In this document: positions 50,649 through 60,706 of the stretch, piece by piece | Layout of the letters: every line of letters begins with the position of its first letter | Position numbering within the stretch: position 1 is the stretch's first letter | NCBI GenBank assembly: GCA_963675595.2 | Contig: CAXXLZ010000002.1 | Span: forward strand, 2,912,001-2,976,000 | Reading direction: 5' to 3' | Source: Thermodesulfobacteriota bacterium | GTDB lineage: Bacteria > Desulfobacterota > Desulfarculia > JACQYL01 | Length of the DNA stretch: 64,000 bases | Program-made: the position numbers and the translations under genes | The notes under the pieces: generated by a model | Told to the model about the DNA's origin: nothing | What the model saw: only the letters and a program-made list of their open reading frames with translations | Databases searched by the model: none

Positions 50649-51464
50649 TCACCAGATGGGAGGACCGAACACCGAGCTGGTGAGGGCTTCTTCCTTGAGC
50701 ACTTCCATGGCCCGGTCCACCGTATACGCGTGATGCACAATGCTGCTGATGGCCTTGACCATGTTGCCCGGTTTCTCGTGTTGGAACACGTTTCTGCCGA
50801 CGCTGACGCCATGCGCTCCCGCATGGATGGCGGAATAGACCAATTGCAGGATTTCCCGAGGGCGATCGACTTTTTCGCCGCCCTTGATGATCACCGGAGC
50901 CGGGGTGGATTCCAGGATGGTCCTGAGGGCTTCCTCGCTTCCCGGATGCGGGATGCTGATAATATCGGCGCCCAATTCCGCGGCCGTTCGCGCCCCGCGG
51001 GCCAAGGCCTCCTCGAACCCCTCGTCTTCACTCAGGAGTTGCACCGTGACCAGAAGAGGCATTCCCCAGTCCATGGCGGCCTTGGAAATGCTTCCCAGAG
51101 TCTCCAGCATCAGACTCTCGTATTCACCCCCAACGATCAGCCTGGCTCGAACCGCGTCGGCGCCCACACGCACGGCCTCCTCCACGGAACACACCACCAC
51201 TTTGTGGGAATCCCTGCCGCCGCCCGTGAGATGGATGACCAAGCCGATATCTCTGCCCCTCCCACGGTGCGCTCGATGGATGATCCCCTTGTTCAACACG
51301 ATGGCGTTGGCTCCGGCCAACGACACCACGTCGATCACGTTTTGAACGTCCCGGATGCCCTCAATGGGGCCCATACGGGCGCCGTGGGTCAAAGGAACGA
51401 TGATCGTTTTCTTGGTGTTCCTGTCGCTCACTCGTTCCAGACGGACTCTTTTGCCGATCAACAT
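50649..51464 (-). CDS. Class I aldolase (DhnA/ADH-synthase family) homologue, catalytic residues apparently substituted
   Basis: MLIGKRVRLER, VEEAVRVGADAV, WGMPLL, AAELGADII and GVSVGRNVFQH; AAGGAAGG RBS. Confidence 0.85.
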   Translation of the reverse strand: MLIGKRVRLERVSDRNTKKTIIVPLTHGARMGPIEGIRDVQNVIDVVSLAGANAIVLNKGIIHRAHRGRGRDIGLVIHLTGGGRDSHKVVVCSVEEAVRVGADAVRARLIVGGEYESLMLETLGSISKAAMDWGMPLLVTVQLLSEDEGFEEALARGARTAAELGADIISIPHPGSEEALRTILESTPAPVIIKGGEKVDRPREILQLVYSAIHAGAHGVSVGRNVFQHEKPGNMVKAISSIVHHAYTVDRAMEVLKEEALTSSVFGPPIW

Positions 51465-52370
51465 AACGGGGCTTCCTTCCTTGTTGGGTTGTCGTGGCGG
51501 AGTTCCCCCCCCGAGCCGTCCGTCTCCGGAGAGGAATCCTCCGGGGACACGCATCCATTCACCGTTTGGATATGTTAGAAGAAGGTTCCGGGTTTCGTCA
51601 ACGCGAAAGGTTCAGGCACGCCGCGAGGGAGCGGAGGAAGGCCGGCCGTGCACAACTAGGGATCGGGAGCCCGCAGTCTCCCCTGTCCGAGGAATTTCCA
51701 CACACCCCATGCGGCCCATCAGGCTGCGGACCATACGCACATCCTCCGTAGGACCTCTCCTACCCAGCCCCGATCCTCATGAAATCCATAAGGGAATCTC
51801 ATGAATTTCATGAGAAAAAACCATGGATCCGTTTATTGTGGGTGCGGAAAAGTCAGCGTATGATGATTTGTTCTCCAAAATCGACTCGGGCGTCAAAATG
51901 CCGGAAGGTTTTGTGCTGTTCCGAAGCGGGAGTCGGGTGGGGGGCATCGAGTTTGGAAGCCGGCGGGCATGATGAGCTCTCCAGACAATCCGGACCCCGA
52001 ATAGATGTTGTCTTTGAGTCTTTTTTTTCGATTTGCCGATGAATCACCTTAACCGTTTCTGATTAATAATTTCGACTTCGGATCAGCTCAATGTTGCGAG
52101 CCGGGACTATGATTGTGTTCATCAATTGCTGAAATATTTATGGAGTGATTCTTATCAACATGTATTTCAACGATGATGCTGGAACTCTTGACTCATAGCT
52201 TTTCTGCATAATCATTTAGTCTGAAGTTGCCAATTTAGCAAGACATACCCGGCAGATTATTCATGGCTTGGCGTAAGATCGTATTTCACTTTTGCGACGC
52301 TTCCAAACAAATATTGGTTTTTATCAGTTGAAAATAGTCTCCGTCTGTCTCACAAAAAGGAGAGTATCTT

Positions 52371-54208
52371 ATGACTCATTTTAAAGAAAGTATAGATCAG
52401 GTATATGATAATAGAGAAAAGTTTATATTGATCGGGTTGACAGGGCGAACAGGATCAGGTTGTAGTACAACAGCATTCATTCTTAGTTCTGAAATAGCTG
52501 CAGTGAAACTACCCAAGCCAAATCAATGCTTAGATGACCCTAATGAAGACAGAAAGTATGGAATTATATACAAATATGCAATGAACAACTGGAAACAGTT
52601 TAACTGGATCAAAATCAAGGACATAATTACTTCCTATATCTTGGAGGTAAATATTGAGGAATTTGCAGACTATATTTTTCGCGAAGTAATAAAGAAGGCA
52701 AGCACGACTTCTGATGCTAAAAAGACTTTGCTGAGTTCATGTGAAGCAGAATACAATAGGTTAAGAAACGAAATGTCCACTTTAACAGTCAATGGCTGGG
52801 ATGAGATAAAGATAGAAAAATATGAAGAAGCGTATAAATTGATATTCGAAGATTTGAGGAGATTCTCTGACAAATTAAAAAGAACATTGAATGAAATATC
52901 AGAGGATAATTATACCCATGTTTATCAAGTAATAGGAAACAATATAAGATCATCAGGATCTGCAATTTCAACAGAATACAAACCTAATAATATATTCTCT
53001 ATCTCAACAAGGGTAAATCATCTAATTAAACTTTTCAGGAAAAAGTCTAAAAAAGATAGAGAATCGGTCTTTGTTGTTATAGACACACTCCGGAATCCAT
53101 TTGAGGCACTCTATTTCAGAGAACGTTATTCTGCCTTTTATTTAATGGCAATTAATACTCCTGACGAAACTAGGCGTATTCGCTTGCAGAAACAACATAA
53201 TTTAAACGAATCACAGATCACCGATATTGATAACAGGGAATATAATAACAAGAAAAAGAAAAAGGACATTTTTACTTCCCAAGACATTCAGAAATGTTAC
53301 GACTTGGCTGATATACATATTCACAACCCCCAAATCGGCGTAGACGACTTAACCATTCTTAAAAAACAGATCGCTAAATTCGTCACTCTAATTATGCATC
53401 CAGGTTTGGTCGTGCCTACAAGAGTAGAAAGATGCATGCAAATTGCTCATACTGCAAAACTGAATTCCGGTTGCATGAGTAGACAGGTTGGAGCTGTGGT
53501 TACTGACAAATTCTATTCTATAAAAGCAATTGGCTGGAATACGTCAGCTGAGGGGCAAACACCTTGTATGCTAAGGAATGTTATCGATTTAATAAACTGT
53601 GAAGACGGCTCAGCATATAGTGCATATGAGAAAAACGATAATATATTTAGATCTAAGATACTCGAAGTATATAGCACAATTGACTCAAAACCTTTATGCA
53701 ATCGACTTAAAGGGCGTAATGTGCCATATTGTTTCAAGGATATTAAAAATAGCATAGATGGTCATAAGAATCAAGTGCACACAAGATCTCTTCATGCAGA
53801 GGAAAATGCTTTCTGCAGCTTACAAAATATGGCGGAGAAGGCATCATGGGAGGAATTTTATTCACTACATCTAGCCCATGCGAATTATGTTCAAAGAAAG
53901 CTTATCAACTTGGAATTAAAACAATATACTATATTGATCCTTATCCAGGCATATCTAATCAGCATATTATTTCCATAGGAGATAAACGGCCTTGCCTAAC
54001 TCTTTTTAGTGGAGCAATCGGTAGAGCTTATCATCAATTATATGAACCTATTATGCCTTACAAAGATGAATTGGAATTAATCATTGATTTCAAAATAGCA
54101 GACCCTTACACATTATTAACTGAGAGGATCAAAACGCTCGAAAACGATAATGCCGACAAAGACCGCAAAATCACTGAGTTAAAAGGCATTATTGATTCTC
54201 AGAGGTGA
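52371..54208 (+). pseudogene. avcD: AvcD-type anti-phage P-loop kinase / dCTP deaminase with a -1 frameshift near 53811
   Basis: FILIGLTGRTGSGCST, VIDTLRNPFE, AKLNSGCMSRQVGAVVT and HTRSLHAEENAF in one frame; LQLTKYGG...TTSSPCELCSKKAYQLGI...YIDPYP in the -1 frame. AT-rich relative to the flanks. Confidence 0.85.
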
Positions 54209-54282
54209 CAGCCTCATTAATCGATTCCCAAAATAGGCTATCTTATTGATATTGCGATATTAACATGGCTAATTATGTGACT

Positions 54283-54660
54283 ATAGGCGCCTTGTTGAAT
54301 AACGTGACAAAACACGCTTGACGCTTCAGCAGAAAAGAGGCACGGCGCTGCGTTCACCCGTTGCATCGTCCATGATCCTAAACCTCATGCCGCGAAAAGC
54401 ACGCATGGATGCGCCGGGAGCTTTGCACCACCTCATCCGCTTAGGATCGAACGGCATAAGATCTTCCGACACCGACTGAATTCGGTTGGTCGATCTGTTG
54501 GGGAAACTGCTGAGTGAATCCGGAGCGCCCTGTCATGCGTGGGCTTCGAGCCCCTACTGAGCCGGTAAAGACAGTTGCGGCAAGCGCATCGGCTGTCGGA
54601 CGGATTGCTTCGGATCATGGATTGTCCGTTGAAGAATAGAGGTGCCCCAAATCAACCCCG
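54283..54660 (+). pseudogene. Degenerate REP-associated tyrosine transposase (RAYT) remnant, copy 1
   Basis: ATG 54387 gives MPRKARMDAPGALHHLIRLG, then a frameshift; direct-repeat homology with 60102-60507. Confidence 0.65.
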
Positions 54661-54754
54661 CCCCCATTTTTCGGACTGTTGGAAAAAGGTTGCGTGTTTC
54701 GTCGACGCGAAAAGTTCGTAGACGCGACGAGGGATTCGAGTGAAGCCGTCCCGT

Positions 54755-55516
54755 TCACCGCACAAGGCTCTTTTTGTCCCCTCCCACATGAGGAACGGCG
54801 TCCCAAATTCGCCCGTTAAGCAGGCGACCATTCCGTTTCTTACCTTGTTTCTTTCCGTCGGTACTCCAAGCGCCCCACTGTTTGAAGAAGAAAGGCACTC
54901 CGTACTCATCGCACCGGTTCTTGATGCGTAACACCCATTCGGGTCGCATGGGCCTAGCTTTGGGTCCCGATTCGCCCCCGACAATGACCCAATGTATGCC
55001 GGTAAGGTCGATATGGCCGAGATCTTCCAGTAGGGGTTCCAGAGAAACAAAACGGATGGAAGCCGGAATTCGTCTAAGAACATCGAGACGAGGCAGACCG
55101 AATGCCCGATCTTCCACCGTTACTCCCAACCAAACATTGGGCGGTGACTCATTCTTGCTGAAGAATTCCGCCATTCTTTCGGCACGTTTGGTCAGAACTT
55201 GAAAGGTGTGCCATGACGCCTCCCGCATAACCGCCAGCACTTTTAGTAGATAACTCTCCGGAATATCATCATGAAACAGATCGCTCATGGAATTGACGAA
55301 ATAAACGGTGGGGCGTTTTCGTTTTATGGGTGCCGACAATCGCTCGGGAAGGAGGGTCAGCCGAAACCCATGTTCGTAACCGGTGACGCCCATGGCCTGC
55401 AAACGTCTTGCCATTGCCTCGGCATAGCAATGGGCGCAACCGGGTGATATTTTATCGCACCCGACAGTGGGGTTCCATGTCTCTTCCGTCCATTCGATGG
55501 ATGTCTTTGTGCTCAT
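54755..55516 (-). CDS. DUF5131 / phage Gp37-Gp68 family three-Cys-motif protein
   Basis: TSIEWTEETWNPTVGCDKISPGCAHCYA, FVNSMSDLFH, FQVLTKR, WVIVGGESG and FFFKQWG. Confidence 0.93.
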   Translation of the reverse strand: MSTKTSIEWTEETWNPTVGCDKISPGCAHCYAEAMARRLQAMGVTGYEHGFRLTLLPERLSAPIKRKRPTVYFVNSMSDLFHDDIPESYLLKVLAVMREASWHTFQVLTKRAERMAEFFSKNESPPNVWLGVTVEDRAFGLPRLDVLRRIPASIRFVSLEPLLEDLGHIDLTGIHWVIVGGESGPKARPMRPEWVLRIKNRCDEYGVPFFFKQWGAWSTDGKKQGKKRNGRLLNGRIWDAVPHVGGDKKSLVR

Positions 55517-56633
55517 GGCCGGACCTTTTTAAGAAATTCGCCTTTGTTGTCGTTGTTGGAGAAGTGAACAAATTTTTTGCGTCGTCGCCCGGTTGCGTCC
55601 AGGTTTTTCACCTCTCCCTCTTTTTCTAGTCTGCCGAATGCAGCCTGCAAATCACTTTCAAACCACCCGGTCTCCTCGATCATGTCCGCCAACTCTTCGA
55701 TACCAAACCGTTTCGGGTCGGTCGTAAGCTTGCTGAGCCAGTAAGACCCGACTTCGGCTTGATCAGCGAAAGCTTCTTTGGAAATACCATCTGCCGATCG
55801 AAATAACTCGAGCTGACGACTTCTGGATTCTCTTTTTTCCTGTTTCGCCTGAGCCCTGGTACGTCGTTGCACAAAATCCGAGCGCTCTGAAGCCTCCATA
55901 AATACTGTGACGCCTTTCGGGTGTCGAGTCAGGTAGATCAGATGGTACAAGGTGCGGTCGACGGTGCCCTTGAGTATGGGCACAGGTACGGCACGTGGCT
56001 TTCCTCCCCGGGCGGGCATGATCTCTCTCAGGCGTTTCAGATATAGGCCGACCAGACATTTCTCTTTCTCCAAGGGCGTGAGCCCTGCGGTGTCCGGGAT
56101 CTCACCGAAAATCGCGCGGATGTCATCGGCGAATGAATCCTGCGTGTGTGTGCGAAGTACGAAGTCATACATGAAGTTGATCAGAAATTCGGAGTTGGCG
56201 CGCCTGAGAAGCGGCGCAAGAGTCCCAATTTCAATGACGTTCTTCCAGCCTTTGGGGTCGATAAAGAAGAAGGTGAAATCAGCAGGTCCACACCATTGTA
56301 GTATCGATCCACGGAGTTCAAAAAAATCACCCTGAAATGCCGTGGTTGAAATGTCATGCTCCTGGATCCCGGCCAGATGATGCTGCAACTCCTGGAAAGC
56401 GGTTTTCTCTTTCTCAATGAATAATGTGTGGAAGGACACCCTTTTCCCCATGCCTTCGAGGCCGGCTTTGCATTTTCGGATGATATTTAGAGAAATGCCG
56501 ATGGAGGTGTGGTTTCGCTAACCTAAAACTGACCCACCTGTGGAGGGAACGCTAACGGAAAATTGACCCACCTGTGATCAGGTCCTGATAAGTGGGATGA
56601 AGGAAGCAAAGACCGCTTGTCGGGGGTGAGGAG

Positions 56634-58139
56634 ATGCTGACGGTGGATCAATACGGCTACGTTAGGACGGCACATCGGGTGTACGGCAAGGGGATCAGGG
56701 AGATCGCCCGAGAGACGGGGCACTCCAGGAACACGATCAAGAGAGCATTGCGGGAGGAGTACGGCGGTTACGGCGAGAGGCGACATCAGCCCTATCCTTC
56801 TTTGGGGCGGTTTCTCAAAACGATCGACGGTTGGCTGACGGAAGACCGGGAGCGGCCTCGGAAGCAGCGACATACGGCGGCGCGGATTTACCATCGATTG
56901 AGGAAGGAGCATGGATTCGAGGGCGGGGAGAGCACGGTGAGACGTTACGTGCGTGAAGCGCGAAGGCGGTTGGGCGTGGGTGAACCCCGGGTCTTTATTC
57001 CCCTTGAGCCCGATCTCGGTATGGAGGCCGAGGTGGATTGGGGCGGCTGCCACGCCGTTGTGGCCGGAGAGTGCGTGAAGCTCAAGCTGTTTTGCATGCG
57101 TTCCAAGGGCAGCGGCAAACCGTTTGTACGCTGTTTTCCATGCGAACGGCAACAGGCGCTGTTTGAAGGACACATGGAAGCCTTCGCCTTCTACGGAGGA
57201 GTCTTCCGGCGGTTGATCTACGACAACCTGACCACCGCGGTGCAGAAGGTGTTCAAAGGCAAGCAACGCAAGCTTCAGGAAAGTTTCGAGCGATTTCGGG
57301 CGTACTACGGCTTTGTGCCCCGATTCTGCAATCGCGGCCAGGCGCATGAGAAGGGTGGAGTGGAAGGGCTCGTAGGCTATGCTCGACGGAATTTTCTGGT
57401 GCCCGTGCCGGAAGTGGGGAGCCTGGAGGAACTCAACGCGCAGCTCTTGGCGGAATGCGCCTCCTACGGAGACCACCGCATCACGGGTCGGGAAAAGACC
57501 GTCGAGGAGCTTTTCCAGGAGGAGAAAGGGCTTCTGATACCGCTTCCGGAGATTCCCTTCGCCAACGTGGAAGTCGTTTCCGGCAAGGTGGACAAGTACT
57601 CCACGGTCATCGTCGAGAAGAACCGTTATTCGGCGCCGCCTCGCTTCGTGGGTCTCATGACTCGCGTGATGTTGTACGTGGACCGGGTGGAGGTTTTCTA
57701 CGGAGGCCGAAGGATCGCCGTGCATCCTCGGCATTACGGCAACAACAAATGGCGGCTCGATCCCATGCACTACCTGGAGTTGCTGCATCGTCGTCCCCAA
57801 GCCTTCGCCGACGCCCGGCCGATCCGCCAATGGAGAGCCGTCTGGCCGCCCTCCCTGGAAAGACTCCTGGAACGATTTTGTGAAGCTCAGGGCGAAAATC
57901 GCGGGATCAAAGACTTCATCGGGGTGTTGAGGCTCTTCCGGGAACATGAGGAAAGGGACGTGTTTGATGCCGTGGAAGCGGCCGTGGGAGCCGGAGTGAG
58001 TTCACGGGAGGCGGTGGAACACCTTCTGATCATGTCCGAAGGCAAAGATCACGCCTCCCGGCCCGCCTCCCTTGACGCGTGGCCGACGTTTTCACCGCCG
58101 GATGTTTCCGTGTACTCGCGGATCGGAGCGCTGTCATGA
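56634..58139 (+). CDS. istA: IS21 transposase IstA
   Basis: HTH IREIARETGHSRNTIKR, AEVDWG, LIYDNL and EKGGVEGLVGYARRN. Confidence 0.96.
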   Translation: MLTVDQYGYVRTAHRVYGKGIREIARETGHSRNTIKRALREEYGGYGERRHQPYPSLGRFLKTIDGWLTEDRERPRKQRHTAARIYHRLRKEHGFEGGESTVRRYVREARRRLGVGEPRVFIPLEPDLGMEAEVDWGGCHAVVAGECVKLKLFCMRSKGSGKPFVRCFPCERQQALFEGHMEAFAFYGGVFRRLIYDNLTTAVQKVFKGKQRKLQESFERFRAYYGFVPRFCNRGQAHEKGGVEGLVGYARRNFLVPVPEVGSLEELNAQLLAECASYGDHRITGREKTVEELFQEEKGLLIPLPEIPFANVEVVSGKVDKYSTVIVEKNRYSAPPRFVGLMTRVMLYVDRVEVFYGGRRIAVHPRHYGNNKWRLDPMHYLELLHRRPQAFADARPIRQWRAVWPPSLERLLERFCEAQGENRGIKDFIGVLRLFREHEERDVFDAVEAAVGAGVSSREAVEHLLIMSEGKDHASRPASLDAWPTFSPPDVSVYSRIGALS

Positions 58140-58912
58140 AACCGGCCGTTCAAGCCCAGTTAACGGCCAATCTGAAAATCCTGAAGCTCTCCGCCGTCCT
58201 GAGCCATCTGGAAACGCAGTTGCGCCAAGCGCGGGAAAACAAGGAGGATTATGCGGAGTTCCTCCTTGGACTGAGTGAACTGGAAGTGGCGGCTCGAATG
58301 GAGAACGGCTGCAAACGCCGGATCCACGACGCCCGTTTCCCGCTGCTCAAGCCCATGGAGAGCTTCCGGTTCGAGGCGGCACCGGAACTCGATGTGAGGA
58401 AAATCCGGGAACTTCTTGAAGGGCAATACATCCGGGAGGCCCGCAACGTCATCTTTCTGGGCCGGAGCGGCACGGGAAAGACCCACCTGGCCACGGCCCT
58501 CGGAATGGCCGCCTGCCGACAAGGAGTACGAACCCGATTCCTGACCGGCTGTTCCTTGGCCAATGAACTGATTGAAGCCCGGGACGAAAAGGTCCTGGGC
58601 CGGGTCATGAAACGATATGCTTCCTACGGTCTGTTGATCGTAGATGAACTGGGGTATGTGCCCCTGTCCAGGGAAGGGGCGGAGCTGCTTTTTCAAGTTC
58701 TGGCCGAGCGGCATGAAAAGAAGCCCGTAATCATCACGACGAACCTCGGGTTCGGCGACTGGACACAGATCTTCGGAGACCCAACCCTGACTGCGGCGCT
58801 ACTGGACCGGGTGACGCACAAGGCCCACGTCATTTCCTGTTCCTGGGAGAGCTATCGTTTGAAGGACACGCTCAAGAAAAAGCAGCCGCCTCAAGACCGG
58901 GTTCTCGGCTGA
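58136..58912 (+). CDS. istB: IS21 helper ATPase IstB
   Basis: GRSGTGKTHLA, LLIVDELGY, IITTNL and AALLDRVTH; ATGA overlap with istA. Confidence 0.96.
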   Translation: MKPAVQAQLTANLKILKLSAVLSHLETQLRQARENKEDYAEFLLGLSELEVAARMENGCKRRIHDARFPLLKPMESFRFEAAPELDVRKIRELLEGQYIREARNVIFLGRSGTGKTHLATALGMAACRQGVRTRFLTGCSLANELIEARDEKVLGRVMKRYASYGLLIVDELGYVPLSREGAELLFQVLAERHEKKPVIITTNLGFGDWTQIFGDPTLTAALLDRVTHKAHVISCSWESYRLKDTLKKKQPPQDRVLG

Positions 58913-59221
58913 CAACTCCGGTCGCCTACGGCTTCCTACGTTGTCAGCCGATCCAAGCCCCGACCAGGGAGGACGGCTGAGGAAACCCATAACCAAACCC
59001 AAGGGTGGGTCAATTTTCCGTGATCAAGGTGGGTCAATTTTGGGTTGTCATTACGAGAGGTGTCGTGAAGGTCCTTACTCCCTTGCTGCCAAGGACCTGA
59101 GAAGCAGTCCACATAGCGAATATTCTTCTGGTGTAACCCAATAATCATGAACAGGCGCTGCAGATAAGTCTCAAGGAGCCTGTGCTTAACAAGAGCTTGC
59201 TCTCGGCCTTTATAGGTTTTA

Positions 59222-60098
59222 CTGATCTTTGACAGTTCAAAACAACTAATGCAGTAATTTCAGCTGCTTATACGAAAAAGAAAGGTTTATGGCACTACGT
59301 TTTGGTGCTCCTGGAGAGTCTGTAAAGTGGGCGGCGGTTTGAGGCCAACGGCTTGGAAGATGCGGTAGGCGTCGCCTTGGAATTCCGTTCTGAGGAGGTA
59401 GGATTTCTCTGCGACCTGTAGATGGATGGCTTTGAAGGCGTCGAGGTCGAGCAGAACCTGGTCCCAAGGGATGTCGATTTCTTTGGTTTTGAGCTGTTTC
59501 TGCAGCGCGATCTTCAGGTATAGGGCCAGGAAGTTGCAGAAAATGTGACCTTGAACGCGTTGACACCGTTGATGGAACACGGGCCTGACTTCCAGGGCGG
59601 ATTTGAGGTCCCGGAAGGCTCTTTCCACCTGCCACAGTCGCTTGTAGGTGACCGCGACTTCATCGGCGGGAATGTCGGTACTGGTGAGGAGAACATACTT
59701 GCCGTCGAAGCGGGCGTCGTCCTTGACCTTGGCGGGATCGATGCGCACGGTTTCCCGGTCGAGTTTGATGAATTTCCTGAAGCCCTTGTTTCCCACCAGA
59801 GACTGGGGCCCCTGTTTTTTCAGGGTGGTTTTCAACTTTTCCACAAGGGCCGATCGGGTGGCCTCGTCTTTGGCTGCTTGGTCTTGGTTGTAGCAGAGGA
59901 CGTAACGGCATCCGTTCAGATGAATCTCCTTGAACCACAAGGTGGGAGTGAGCGCTTGGTAGTAGCCCGGAGTGTCCACCACTTGGCCTCGGACATCCTG
60001 GTAACGGCGCATGGGGATGCCCACGATGTAGTCGATACCGGCACGCTCCAGTTCCACCAGATTGTCGACGCGGACCATACCGCGGTCGGAGACCAGTA
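59222..60098 (-). mobile_element. Truncated IS1634-family element (C-terminal half of the transposase, 59287-60098, plus its right end)
   Basis: LVSDRGMV, RFDGKYVLLTS, YKRLWQVERAFRDLKS, VRPVFH and VQGHIFCNFLA; end-like sequence CTGATCTTTGACAGTT at 59222; N-terminal half missing. Confidence 0.85.
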
Positions 60099-60101
60099 AC
60101 T

Positions 60102-60507
60102 TAGGGGACGTTGTTGATTAACGTGACAAAATACCATAGACGCTCCGGTAGAACAGAGGCACGGTGTTGAATTCCCTCGCTTCATCGTCCATGATAGAAG
60201 AATCTCATGCTGCGAGAAGCAGGCATTGATGCACCTGGAGCGTTGCATCACCTCATCCGGCCAGGGATCGAACGGAATGAGTTCTTCCGTGACCATCCCG
60301 ATGGAAACCGGTTGGTCGATCACCGGGTGAAACCGCCGGTCGAGACTGCAACACCCTGTTCCGCCACTGGTTTGATCCCCACCTGAGGTTGCAGAGAAAC
60401 GCTGGACGAAGCGCCGGGCAGTCGGCCGGGCCGCCAGCAGAGGCGAACGGACTCCATCGGATAAGGGATGATCCATTGAAAAATTGAAACGCACCAAATC
60501 AACCCCG
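60102..60507 (+). pseudogene. Degenerate RAYT remnant, copy 2
   Basis: ATG 60207 gives MLREAGIDAPGALHHLIRPGIERNEFFRD...ETATPCSATGLIPT*, stopping just before the expected HuH motif; ends CCAAATCAACCCCG like copy 1. Confidence 0.65.
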
Positions 60508-60706
60508 TTTCCTACGATTCCGAAGCCTATCCCAACGAAAATGCTTTGACGTAAGTAAGTGCCTTGAAGAAACGCTGCAACCAGCTTTTTTCAGCGATCC
60601 GTTACGGATCCGGGGAACCCGGGGTCCGGTTCAGCGCATGCCGACAACACACGAGGCTCGGTCCGTCCATACGGATCCGGCCGCACTTTCAATGGGGTAT
60701 CATCCA

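Larger units (their letters stand above)
56510..59056 (+). mobile_element. IS21-family insertion sequence
   Basis: End repeats AACCTAAAACTGACCCACC / GGTGGGTCAATTTTGGGTT, each with a second internal AAAATTGACCCACC copy; target duplication GAGGTG at 56504-56509 and 59057-59062 (boundary ambiguous by 1 bp). Confidence 0.93.
55513..59221 (-). pseudogene. tcmP: Three-Cys-motif partner protein TcmP, split by IS21 and 5'-clipped by IS1634
   Basis: N-part KTYKGREQALVKHRLLETYL...YVDCFSGPWQ...DLHDT joins in frame to SIGISL...FIEKE...FFFIDPKGW...EFLINFM...LYHLIYLTRHPKG once IS21 is removed; ATGA overlap with DUF5131. Confidence 0.85.

Noticed and set aside
51560-52040. tRNA or integrase attachment site at the left edge of the island
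   Set aside because: No cloverleaf or T-loop motif, no integrase, and no matching direct repeat at the far end.
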